Source: Callorhinchus milii (taxonomy: Eukaryota). Taken from it: DNA of 64,000 nt. How positions within the stretch are numbered: position 1 is the first letter of the stretch; each line of letters starts with the position of its first letter. The stretch is from NCBI RefSeq assembly GCF_018977255.1, contig NW_024704742.1:99078001-99142000 (forward strand), written 5' to 3'. Made by a program: the position numbers and the translations under genes. Positions 1 through 12,030 of the stretch are shown piece after piece. The notes under the pieces are model-generated. The model ran no database searches. It saw only the letters and a list, made by a program, of their open reading frames with translations, and had not been told where the DNA came from.

Positions 1-1557
1 CATTCGGCCCATGGTCTATGACTCATCTATCTTTATACTATTAAAACAACAATGTTTGTCTGTCTGTGCATGCTTCCAAGAAGGATCTCAATAACCGATT
101 GACGTAGAGACATGATTTATCAGAAATCGGAAAGGTCTTGCAACTGGGAGTGACATGGGCATATTTGTTTTTGGATATCTCCTATCGTTCAGGAATTATG
201 ACCTAAAATGTGTTTCAGTTTTGCATTTTACACTGCAGTTACACCTAATGGCCGCGTCTCTGCCCGAGGCATCCTGTGTCACAGAATATGCATGTAGCCA
301 AGCGACGGGAGCAAAATATAGAACACAGATGAGGCTGAGCCACAGCAACAACAAAATTACATTTTTGAAGTGTCTTTCACATCGGGAGGACATCCCAGTG
401 ATTATAAATTTTACATTTATATTTATCATTATAAAGATGCCTAAGCAAAAATCAAACCTTTCAAGGATAAAGAAAATTCCTAGCCAAAAGAGAGAAAGCC
501 CATTAAATTAAACTGAAGAACAAAGAACAGCGCAGCTACACTTCAATGCTGAAAGGACTGCAACAAGTTGCCAAAATGAGTTGCCCACTCAAAGAACAGC
601 ATGGTCAAAACAAGTCCTGCCACAGGAGTCCTCCCAGATGAGACTAGAGAGAAATGAAATGTCTGTCTGTGTGTCTGTCTGTGCATCAATCTACATTCCA
701 TATTGGATCCTTTGGTTGCAAGAACAAGCACGGCCTGTAATAAAATCCAGTCTCCAAAGTCAAATTACAGATCTCCTAGTATTTTTCCTACCAGATTAAA
801 ATACCATTTTCATGCTAAAATGGTTTACATATCCTTCCTTTAAGCTTGTATTTCCAGCTTTCAGTGAGTCCTCTATACAGACTGTCATGGGAAAATGTGG
901 ATGGAAAAGGTTATTCCAAGATTCGCTGCTTTGTTTGTAAGCATGATCTCAAAATCTCCAACCCACTCATTACGACCTTTTCCATCCTTACCTTCCTACG
1001 GCTATTCCACATCTGCCAGTTGAGATAATGACCAAAATCCTAAAGGGCTTCTGAAACGTGAAATCCATGATAATGAGCTCAAGGGTTGGGAGGAAAGACT
1101 CCCAGCAACCCACTAAGGAGTCAAAATTGAGGCATGGGGGGGGGTGGAAACAAACTGGTCTTAGGCCAGCAATGAGAACTCCATTTGGATGCTGACCTCA
1201 GCTTTGACTAGCTTGAAGCCAGACATGGCCAATGAAAATTCCAGAGCGGAGGTCTCCAGAGCGGAGAAATTAGTTGCAGCCCAACCCAAAGACATCCTAA
1301 CCATATGGCACTGCAGAAACTCCCAACTAGAAAAGTCAGCTTTGTGTTACAGGTTGAGAATTCCATTTTCCCCAATCTACAGAGTTCTCCAATCACTGAG
1401 CTCAATACATTATAGTGGAACTTATGACCTTAGTAAATTCAAACATGGTATTCTCATCGATTCCCAAGCACTGGATCTTCAGGTGTATTTCAAATCCAGT
1501 ACTTCTGACACAGAGGCACAAGTTTGTGGAATTAAACCCTATATACAGTCTACCTAC

Positions 1558-1662
1558 CGTAGTGGCCTGTCCTGCCTTCAAAACATACTTTGCAGTAAAC
1601 TTGTAAGTAGCAGTCACATCCCCTATTTTTCTGGTCATTTCCCAGTTGCCCATAGGTTGATC
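1558..1662 (-). CDS. LMNB1: Lamin B1 exon 8 (lamin tail Ig-fold)
   Basis: 105-nt AG/GT exon: [35 protein letters not shown]; later exons not found in the window. Confidence 0.95.
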
Positions 1663-1749
1663 CTAAATTCAAAACAAAAGGTCAAAGTGAGGCAAACACC
1701 AACATTTCACCATTGGGGCAAACCTCTGGTCCATTTTATCCATAGAACA

Positions 1750-2100
1750 ATAACTTGCACTTATATAGTGCCCTCCACCCAGAGTAACGTCTCAGAGTGC
1801 TTAAGAGTGGCGGAGCCTGACTAAGCTGGGAGGAAGGGGCCGTAAGCACAGTCGAAGAGGAAGGTTTTCAGGTGGGACTTGAAAAAGGGGAGAGAGGGGG
1901 CAAGGCAGAGGGATTGAGGGAAAGTGTTCCAGAGTTTCGAGGCATAGTGGCTGAAAGCACGACTTCCAATGGTGGGGCAGAGGGTGCAAGGGATGAGCAG
2001 GAGGCCAGTGCCAGTCGAGCGGCGGCACCGGATGGTGGATTGGGGAGTGAGGAGGAAGAGAGGTGCCAGAGAGTGACGGGATTTGAACACAAATGTGAGG
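1750..2100 (-). mobile_element. L2 LINE 3' fragment in LMNB1 intron 7
   Basis: IGSRAFSHYASKLWN...FKSHLKTFLF, plus L2 tail. Confidence 0.85.
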
Positions 2101-2113
2101 ATTCTATCTATAC

Positions 2114-2339
2114 CTGATCAGAATTGTTTTTCAGACGGATGAATTTTCCATCCACATCAACTTCATCGAGGACAATATTGCCTGTGGCAGAAGCATGGTG
2201 AGCGATGCTGACACTACTGCTAGCCTCAGATTCCTCGACATCGACCCGCTTTCTCTTTCCGCGGGTTGTACGCACACTGCGGCTTGATGTGGCACGAGAA
2301 ACCGTCACACGTGATGATGGACTTGGAGAGAGTTTCAAT
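2114..2339 (-). CDS. LMNB1: Lamin B1 exon 7 (tail, NLS, start of Ig fold)
   Basis: 226-nt exon: [75 protein letters not shown], with NLS KRKR. Confidence 0.96.
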
Positions 2340-2940
2340 CTGAAATGCACAAATTCAAGAACAAATTAAAATAATAATCCTTACATCCGATATAGTGCTT
2401 TAATCAAATATGAATGTTAACCCTGTGCATAAAATTGGGGGGGAGGAAGAGAAGTGATTGACAATGATGAACAGGTTACCTAGAAGTTGTTAAAATAGTT
2501 TTGATTCAAACCCAATTTCCTCTCTCTACCTACTAAGCAAACTAACTTCCATACATTTTGAACAAATATTTCCTACCACTAAAATCCAGTACATAAAACT
2601 TCCAGGGCAATTGAGAATTACTTCTTGCTGCTTTCAGTAGCTGTACTGATCCCATCTTTTACATCAATTATCAGGACTATATTGTAACCTGATTGTGCTA
2701 CAAAACCAATTCTTAGGACTATTGGTCTGCAATGGTCCTTAGGCTAAAGCAGACACAAAGTTGAATTGGAAGGGTCAACAATAACTTGCAAATTCTTACT
2801 TGCCACATGTCCCGTAAAAAGCAATGAAGTGAATGACGATTATTCTAATTAAGAAACTTCATTCCTGGTCTTATTGCCCCATTGGTGAGCCGAAAAATAT
2901 TTGGTTGTTTATACAAGTATATTAGAACCTGAAGAAATTA

Positions 2941-3161
<221 letters not shown>

Positions 3162-3248
3162 CTGCGGGGCAAAAAAAGCTATGAAATTAATTGAAATTCA
3201 ATAGAAATTTGTTGTTAAACTCTTTATTCGGTTATCTTGCATACTTAC

Positions 3249-3374
3249 ATCCTTCTGCATGCTGGATAACTGAGTGCTAAGACTTTCTATTCTCATGCGA
3301 TTTTCCCGCAGTTCTTCTTCAGTTGCCTTGGATGATCGGGTGGTCATCGCAGAAGCCAGTCTCGCATTTTCAAG
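3249..3374 (-). CDS. LMNB1: Lamin B1 exon 5
   Basis: 126-nt AG/GT exon: [42 protein letters not shown]. Confidence 0.94.
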
Positions 3375-4369
3375 CTGAAAATATAACCCAAGTGTTAAGC
3401 CACAGGAAGTTCCTAGACCTGCTTTGCCGGAAAAGGAGATGGCAATTTTGAGTCAATTATTTCATCAACTTATGGGTGGGATTCAAAATTGCCAAAGTAA
3501 TTTTCCAGTGAACTCAGCCTGGTTGGATGTTACTGTTCAGTGTATATACCACAATTCTGTCAATCATTTAAATGAAAGCAGCATTCTGCTCTGAGACGCC
3601 GTCCGGCGTGGAGGGCACTATATAAATTAAAGTTGTTGTTGTAGCATACCACAACTGTAAAAGTGATGAGGTTACTGAATTCTGAAGTGGTTTTGCAACA
3701 GAGCCCTGTTATGTGACATTGCCAGCAAATGTGTATATCACCCATCTCAAAAGTAATTCTATTACAAAATGAGGAAGTGTTCGCTGTGACTACAGATGTT
3801 TAGATCAGAACTTCACTAGTTATGAAGCAATATCCTAAGTAATTTACACTGCTGCCCAGCTATACCTGTTTCCTAATGTAAAACTACTCTATAATGCTCA
3901 GTCTGATATTCACTACTCAATCACGTTCTCTAACCATGGGACTCGACAAAATCCAAAACTGCTCGGTCATTCACTTCACTGTGTGCTACATCCTTGACTC
4001 ATATGCAATTTTGAAGCAGGAATGAAGTAAACAGTGGCTGGCGACTCTACACAAAGAAAAAAAGCAATCTATTTGAACCACAATTTAAGTAGATTTGAGA
4101 CACGTCTTCCCAACATTGATCCATCTGCAATTAATTTTAAAAAGTTTTGAGGTACAGACCATAAGAAGTCTAGACTAAGACGACTAGACTTCTAAACCAA
4201 GAAGTCTAAATAACCACTGAAATCTGTTTCGTCATATATACCTTCGTTAAAAGTAAATGAACTATTTCGTAATAGAAATAAAGCTTTTGAGGAGCTGGTC
4301 GCCTTTATCAAACTTTTCCAGCTTTGGGTCCGCAACTCACAGGTCTGACAACATTTCTGCACTTCCAAA

Positions 4370-4700
4370 TGTCATTCATGTGCCAACAATTTTAAATAAC
4401 GCCTTGGGTTACAGTCCCACAAATAGCCATGAAATGAACGATCAATTTTGTTTGTGGGATTGTTGGCCAGGACACCTGGAGAAACTCTTTTCTTTTCAAA
4501 TAGTGCCATGACATCTTTAATATCCATCTGAATAGGCAGACAGGACCTCAGTTTTAACATTTCCTCTGAAGAATAGCACCTTCGACATGCTGCACTGGAG
4601 CGTCATCTTAAGACTATGTGAGTTAAAGTCCCAAAGTGGGGCTTAAACCCACAATCTTCTGACTCGGAGGCCAGAATGGTACTCCTGAGCCAGTCTGACA
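4370..4700 (-). mobile_element. Older Deu-domain SINE (SacSINE1/AmnSINE1-like)
   Basis: CTATTCAGATGGATATTAAAGATGTCATGGCACTATTTGAA...GGTGTCCTGGCCAA motif; related decayed copies at ~10060-10430(+), ~13040-13275(+), ~19440-19650(-), ~32280-32600(+). Confidence 0.65.
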
Positions 4701-5018
4701 CAATTGGAAGAGGAGTGGAATTCAAAAGCAACTCCAAGAAGTGAAATTGTTTTAGAAAACAGTAAGTAAGTGGCTGTGACCATAGAACTTACAATTTATC
4801 TTAATGGCAACAGCCAAGTGGTGAGGAATCAAAAGGGAAGTTTCCAGTCATTGCCAGAACACTTGCATTATGTATTTTGTATACACACATATAATCCTTT
4901 CACTATACTTATGTTCATCTTACCCTCCTCGCTCCATTCGGGTGTGCTAAGCCAGCAGTGCTAAGCCCTAAAGGACGATAATAAAGGTAACTTCTACATT
5001 GAAAAAGAAAATCCCCAC

Positions 5019-5189
5019 CTTATTCTGGTAGTTCTGTTCTAGTTCTTCTTTGTAGATCTTCACTTGCTGATCATGTTGTTGCCTCAGCTCCTGAAGGGCC
5101 TGGGACAGTTTGTGCTCGTATTCTATAAACCGACCCGTATCCACTTCAACCAGACGAGTCTCGTGCTTTTTCCTGGTTTCCTTGATTTC
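5019..5189 (-). CDS. LMNB1: Lamin B1 exon 4
   Basis: 171-nt AG/GT exon: [57 protein letters not shown]. Confidence 0.95.
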
Positions 5190-6200
5190 CTTCACAGAAA
5201 AAAAAAAATTGTGTGAACAGTGGTTCTAACAATAAAGAAAATGATCAAAATCTAGAATTTACCTCTTTGAAAAAGACGTTCAATTCTGGGTGATAACCTA
5301 CACTGGGTGATACTTTATAATTAGGAGAAAATTGAAACATCAAGCTGGAATGTACTATGACATACAAGGGAAGCCTATTACAATATCCTTCAATATAGCA
5401 TCATAGAAGATGAATGCCATTCTCAATATAGCGCTACTCATTTACAAAGCAAGTAGGTAATGGACTCTGATATTCTGTTACTAAGCGTAAAACTCCATTT
5501 AGAACAAAAAGAGAGGAAGGAATTTAGGTTGCACATTGCAATAACATTCAACCTAACTTACAAACACGAGTGGGCTGGTTTCACACCTGAGAATAAAACA
5601 ATGAATTTTCTTTCTTGTCAGCCAAGTGTCCAACGCGTGCAGAAACCCATCACCGTGCTGAACAGTATCCAAAACAGACTGAGTTCCATTCATGTCACCT
5701 ACTCGTGGACGTTTCTATGCCTGAAATTAAACATGTATTTCCTGGAGCGCACTACTAATTAACCAGGCTGGTCAGTTTATCATCAAAAGTACCCTGGAAA
5801 ACCGTGGATTAGCTCAGGAACCGGACTGCTAAAAAGAATCAACTCCATCCCAATATTCCATTGCCAAGTAAGTCACCTTGAAGCCAGTTCAGCTCCAAGG
5901 AGACTTGCTTACCTTGTCTCCTCCCCACCCCCCCAAGGAGAATAGTTAATGCATCACAGAGTTTGCAGCCAGCTTTCCTTCATAAAAGTACACCCCAGTG
6001 ATGTCGTTAGGGATGCCATCAAACCAGAAGCAATGATCGGCAGTGGCTGTTTAACACCCTTGCTGGTAATGTGGATTGCAATTTCCTGGATACTATCAAC
6101 CCCATCAGAGTGGAGTTCATCTGTATTTGTGCCAGGCAGACACTGGAGAAAGAGAGAAAAAAAAGTGCAAAGGAATCTCACCTACAGTCTCTCGATTACG

Positions 6201-6520
6201 TGGAGTCCTGTAGCTCAGTGGTTAGAGCACTCGCTTTGCAAGTGAGAGAGACCCGAGTTCAATTCCAGGCAGGGAGAAACCTTGGGCAAGTTTCCTTACT
6301 CCACACTCCTGATAATAATCCCTCCAAAGCCCAAAACAATAATAAATTGGTCATTTTCAATCTACGACTGTTTGTGGGACATTGCTGTGCGCAATTAGCT
6401 GCCGCGTTCGCCCACAAATATACAGTCAATTCACTTTATAGTGTGTTCTGTGAAGCGCTTTGGGACGTCCTCCCGACGTGAAAAGCGCTATATCAAATGC
6501 AAGGATTATTATTATTATTA
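6201..6520 (+). mobile_element. Full-length tRNA-derived Deu-type SINE (young, short variant)
   Basis: A box TAGCTCAGTGG, B box GAGTTCAATTC, core GCTGTGCGCAATTxGCTGCCGCGTT, L2-like 3' stem-loop and (ATT)n tail; many near-identical copies in the window. Confidence 0.9.
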
Positions 6521-7792
6521 CTAGAAGCCGGAGGAGACCATAGATCACAATTATAAATTATAAGGTTAAACCTGGCTTCCCTTTAATTTGGTTAGACTAC
6601 CATTCAACAGTTCACAAGTATGCATAAAATTCAGAATTAGCTATGTGGTAAGTTTAAGAGCAATTCAACAAGTTAATAAGTCTTTCTTTGTGGTATAGTC
6701 TGGACAGCTCATTTCTTCTAGTTTTAGGAAGTGGCTCTTTCCCTGCTCTGAAAATAATGCATCTAAAACCAATTGTCTGCCCACACTTCACTTGTTAAAA
6801 TAAACAGAATATCTTTTGTGAGACACGAATGCTTTGCCTTCTGAAGAAGAGGGTGGAAAACATTTCTAAAAGCACATGAACGCTGTGTTCAAGAAGAGTG
6901 CAGGGTGAGGATCAAAAGGTGATTATTGAAAAGGGGACAGTCAAAGAAATTGGATAAGTGCAGCAACTTCCTGCTAAGGTTTTAACAGTACAAACAGACA
7001 ATTTCTGTTTTATTGGCACACCAACACAAAACGTGAGACTAAACATGAATACACTTCAAAAACAGTATTTTCTACAATGGAGGTTCTAGATTTACACTCA
7101 GTGACATTATACAAAGTTAAATATATGTTACAACATGGTAGGTGAATCAATAAAATACCAACTCATGCTATAGCAAAGCATGATACTGGTTTTCATTGTG
7201 CACTTGCACAACCGGTCAGGCTGGGTCTCGCATTAAAAGAATAGTCAGCTTCCAAGTCACAAGTCACTATCGATATCACCATTTGTTGTGCAAAGAAGGA
7301 AATGCCATCTTCAGCAATCTGATAACCTGGAAGATGGCCAAGACAGACAGGAAGGGAGCATACTGGCTGCAGGCATGCACCATGAACTTCATTCACTGCA
7401 CAACAGTGGTATATCCACCATACTCTACGTACAGGGCAGCTCTGTTGTAATGCTTTAAAGCAGTGGGTTATGACAAGGCTGTACATGGAGCACAAAATTA
7501 GCTCTCCTCACTGTATATCCAAGAATTGAATTACAAACTGAAAGTTGCAGAATTAGCGCTGTGATCTTGTATTTTTGTCAGGACAACAGCAATATTGTCA
7601 GTGCAGATCTGTATTTCTAGCAAAGCACACAAAGAGCAGTGAGAACTTGCAGGTTTGTACATATCACTTATTGTGGTGGCTTTTGATGAGTCAATTCTGG
7701 TTTACTACCATTGCAAACTATTCAATGAAAGTAAACCATGCCCAGCAGTCAGGAAAAGGAATAGCAATTGTAACAAATGATTAAGGCCATAC

Positions 7793-7918
7793 CTCTTCAT
7801 AGATGTTCTTTCTGAATTCCAATTCCTCTGACAGACTTTGACATCGATTCTCAAGGTCTACTCTCAAGAGAGTTTCTTCTTCCAGCTGTTTCTTCACACC
7901 ATCTAAGGAACCTTCCAA
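7793..7918 (-). CDS. LMNB1: Lamin B1 exon 3
   Basis: 126-nt AG/GT exon: [42 protein letters not shown]. Confidence 0.95.
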
Positions 7919-8484
7919 CTGAACCCAAGAAATGTTACAGTTAGCAAGAACACAAGCTACATTGAACAAAACTACTAGTCAAAGACATTAAAAGGGCCAA
8001 GATTACTAATACATTTCAATGCTTATCTAGTCAGGTCTGTTCTTTATAGGGACAACTAACTTCACAACATGTACTAGAAATTGAGGAGAACAATTCTGAG
8101 TTGCTTAAGATCAACATTTCAAAAGAATAGTTCACTTCAGAATTCAGCAGCTTAACAATAATAATAACCGTCGCATTTGATACAGCACTTAATCACATCT
8201 GCAACACATCTCAAAACACTTCACAAGATTTACTGTTGAGTGTACTGACTGTTTTGTGACACACACATTTAGGACAAAGAAAGATCTTACATATTTTGCA
8301 AACAATATCCACTGAATACTAAAGCACATCTTGAACACATTAGAGAAAGAGAAAATATTGCAGTGTTGGAGGAAAGATTATACTGAACCTACTCAAACAA
8401 ATAAAGTGTTTGAATGCAGTTCACATCTGTGTTTACAACCCCAGTGACCAGCTCGCTTGTCATTTCTCTGAAGGAGAATTTTAC

Positions 8485-8641
8485 CTTTGAAACCCGAGCA
8501 CTGAGAATCTCAACATCTCCTTCAAGGGTTTGCTTTTCCCCCAGTGCAGTGGCAAGGACAGCCTCTTTGGAATGCAGCGCCGCTTCAAGGTCTTTAACTC
8601 GAGCCTGGGCACCATTTAAATCCGATTCTTTCTTAGTAAAA
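8485..8641 (-). CDS. LMNB1: Lamin B1 exon 2
   Basis: AG/GT-bounded 157-nt exon: FTKKESDLNGAQARVKDLEAALHSKEAVLATALGEKQTLEGDVEILSARVSK; KKESDLNGAQ matches lamin B1. Confidence 0.95.
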
Positions 8642-11600
8642 CTGTTGGAAGAGCAGGAAAGAAAAGAAATTCAGACAACAAGTTTTCCTCAGTCAAAATA
8701 CAAAAATCTACAATGGGTGTTTTGCCATAGGCCTGGATTTAAGGAAAGCAGTACACATTGATAACAACGACAACATTGATAAAGGTTTAGTAATTGGTTT
8801 ATTACAAGTATTACATCACCAAATCCTACAAGACGTTCTTGGCATTTAACGTCCAAGAAAATGGAGAGTTTTCAAACGTACTGCTGCATTCTTGGTACTG
8901 GTCTCACACTTCAGTAAAGCTCCTGCATATATAAATAAGAACTCTCAACCACAGTATCGTTTAAGGAAGTGTGAATGCAGAAACTATAAAAACAAAGAAG
9001 CTCATTTGTTAACACAGGAAATATACGTCCAAAGCTATAATGCAACTTGAATGCAAGTCTCTATTCTTAATGGTCTTAATGAATAAACCTAATTGGACGC
9101 AGGCAGTCGATACAAATTCTTAGTGAAACCAGTCACAAATAATCCACTGTTAAAGAGTGGTCACATTATCTATATCTCCGAAGTCATACAGAACATCAAA
9201 AAACATAGTACTTGAGATTTCTTCAAGTTCAATTTCAGAGAAACGGATGCAAGCCTTTTCAATACTTCTAGGGATCTTCAAAGCTAGCTTCAATCAAATT
9301 CCATTGGAAAGAATTTTTATGTGAAATTTGATTGGTAAAATGCTTTTGCCAAACAAAAATTCTTTTTTGGCTTCCAGTCCCATGGAGCAACACAAATTGC
9401 ATGCTCGAACTCCTACTGAACCTTAAGATACTGGGCGAGAACTTCAGCATAGCACTGTGTATACAAAGTGTTTCAGGATGGTTTTTTTGGCACCCAAGTT
9501 TGCACATGTTAATAATAATCATGTAGTGGAGGAGCTGTTTGTAAGTTGCTCTCTGAAAAATGGTGTACTGACTGTACAGCTAATGTAGATATAATTGCAT
9601 ATTTAAAACATAAAAAGGCTATAATGCTTCTATCAATGGCCGTTGCTCCTGCTTCAAGGTCATTGTGTCGCCTCAAGTCAATTGAGGACTGACCAGTCTC
9701 CTGTGGATTCTAAAAATGTACCACATTTCCAATAACCATATGGTCTGTAGGATACCTCATCCAAAGCTCCAATGACCTGCATCCTCACTAACACCAAACT
9801 CCACACGCATCGTTCCAGTCCAGCCAGGATCCACATCTCCCTATGGGTAACTTCAAGGTGCATCATAAATTCCTTCACATACTAGAAATGCTCTCTCTGT
9901 GATCTCCCACCCCACTCAGCTGTTCACCCCCTCTGTTTGACTTGGGCCTGCTGCACGTCTGCAGCCTTCTCTGCTGCACTGTCAGAGGCTGAGCCTTCAC
10001 CTACTACACCCCGACCAGTATTCACCCTAGTATTCACCTAAACATGTTAGGACTTAGAATCACATAGTCTAAGCTGACACTCCAATGTAGGGCTTGGAAA
10101 GTGCTGTTATGTTGGGAGATGTCATCCTTCGGATGATACATTAATCTGAGGTCCCACCTACCTGTTCAGATGGATGTTCAAGGTCCCTTGGCACTATTCG
10201 TAAAAAGGAGGGAGTTTCTCCCAGTATCCTGACTACCCAGTATCAGTACCCCAGATAAAATTCGTCACTCAGCCCATTGGTTGTAGGACATTGATGTGCG
10301 CAATTGGCTGCTGGGTTTTGCACACAAAATACACAATCAAACCACTTTACAGTATATCCTATGAAGTGCTTTGAGATGTCTCAACAACATGATATGGTAC
10401 TATTTCAAATGTAAGGATTATCATCATTATTGATTTCAAGGACAAGATGGAAGAAAACAGAGGGAGAAGGAATTGAGTGCAGTAGCTGAGAAATCCTTGC
10501 TTTGCTACTCATCAAGATTAGTTCCATTAACTCCAGCAGATGGCAGTAATAATTAAACTTGTGTGATACTTCACAAGTAGGATGGGTTAACAGTTTTAAA
10601 CAGCGACAACACATGCTATTGGTTACAGCAGCATTTCAGAATTAGACATCATCAAGATATTAATCTTGTCAGTGGATAAAGATTGTCAGTGGACAAGTCT
10701 GAAAGTTACTTTTTCCCTCCCTAGTGTGTTTGGAAACATTATAAAACACATTTCAGAGCCATGCTTAAAAGCACCTCAGAACCCATTCATCTAAAAATAG
10801 GTCTATGTGCTCCTCTTCAGAATCCAGCATAGCCCATCATAGTCACCAATGTTTTCCTTAACTACTTCAGGATGAGGTAGACTGTCAGTGATTCACAACA
10901 TGATTTTACATATCTTGCTGATCACCTCAAGTGCACCATGCAACTCCAGTGTACTTTGTTGCCAGAGTTCGTACAGGATGGTATGACAAATTTCTGGTTA
11001 GTCAAGCTTCATAAAAAGCAGCACCAAACAACTGGTTGCTGGAGCCTGAAATGTACAAACCAACAACAACAAAATTACATTTATAGAGCGCCTTTCACGT
11101 CGGGAGGACGTCCCAAAGCGCTGAAGTTTCCAAAGTTCCAGGTATTGGATTAGATTGACATCAGTTTGCATTAATGTAACCTTTCACTACTCAATATCAT
11201 ACGAGTTGGAGGCACGCAGTAACTCAGAGCTTATAAACAAATGCCATTCGAAAAAAACACAAGGCCACTGTTGAGTGAGCAGCTCACAAATGGGAATATG
11301 ATCACTTGGTACTAACAGGCGGGCAGGCAGGCAGCACTGTGGGAACAGCTGCTTTTGCAAGCACACCTCAGACAGAATGGCCATTTATTCCAACAGCTGT
11401 TGAGTAAGTCAGTTGCGGCTTAAATTTTGACTCACTTCATCTATCAAAATTTGAGGAATTTCAGCTATTTTCTTGAATGGCAAGTAAGGGGGTGGGGAGA
11501 AGAAAGAAGAGTATCGCATTAACCCTCAAAGCTACTGGAATCAAAACCTAGCCACGCCCAATTTTTAACTGATTCATGGACTTGAAAGTATCATTACCCA

Positions 11601-11710
11601 AATGAAATTTTGTATTTAGCCCAACCTTTAAAGATTTAAATATTTCAGAAAAATGGTTAGAAGCCCATCAGCACTTAAACATTTCAGAAAGTCCTGTGGA
11701 GTGGAGTCAG

Positions 11711-12030
11711 TGGAGTCCTGTAGCTCAGTGGTTAGAGCACTTGCCTTGCAAGCAAGAGACCCGAGTTCAATTCCAGGCAGGGCGAAACCTTGGACAAGTT
11801 TCCTTACTCCACACGCCTGATAATAATCCCTCCAAAACAAAAACAATAATAAAAATTGGTCATTTTCAATCCATGACTGTTTGTGGGACACTGCTGTGCG
11901 CAATTGGCTGCCACGTTTCGCCCAGAAATATACAGTCAATTCACTTTACAGTCTATTCTGTGAAGCGCTTTGAGATGTCGAGAAGACGTGAAAAGCGCTA
12001 TATCAAATGTAAGGATCATTTATTATTATT
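11711..12030 (+). mobile_element. Same SINE family, full length
   Basis: Colinear with the 6201-6520 copy. Confidence 0.9.

Noticed and set aside
1197..1310. 114-nt open, AG/GT-bounded segment on the minus strand where LMNB1 exon 9 might be
   Set aside because: The translation has no similarity to lamin exon 9 (IWAA..G...PP.DL.WK) and the polypyrimidine tract is weak; probably chance
1189..1824. 211-aa plus-strand ORF
   Set aside because: Antisense to LMNB1 exon 8, runs into an L2 tail, no recognisable domain
6201..6275. tRNA-Ala(TGC)-like sequence (also at 11711, 17345, 30227, 47635)
   Set aside because: These are SINE heads: each continues into the same SINE body and tail and lacks a proper acceptor stem
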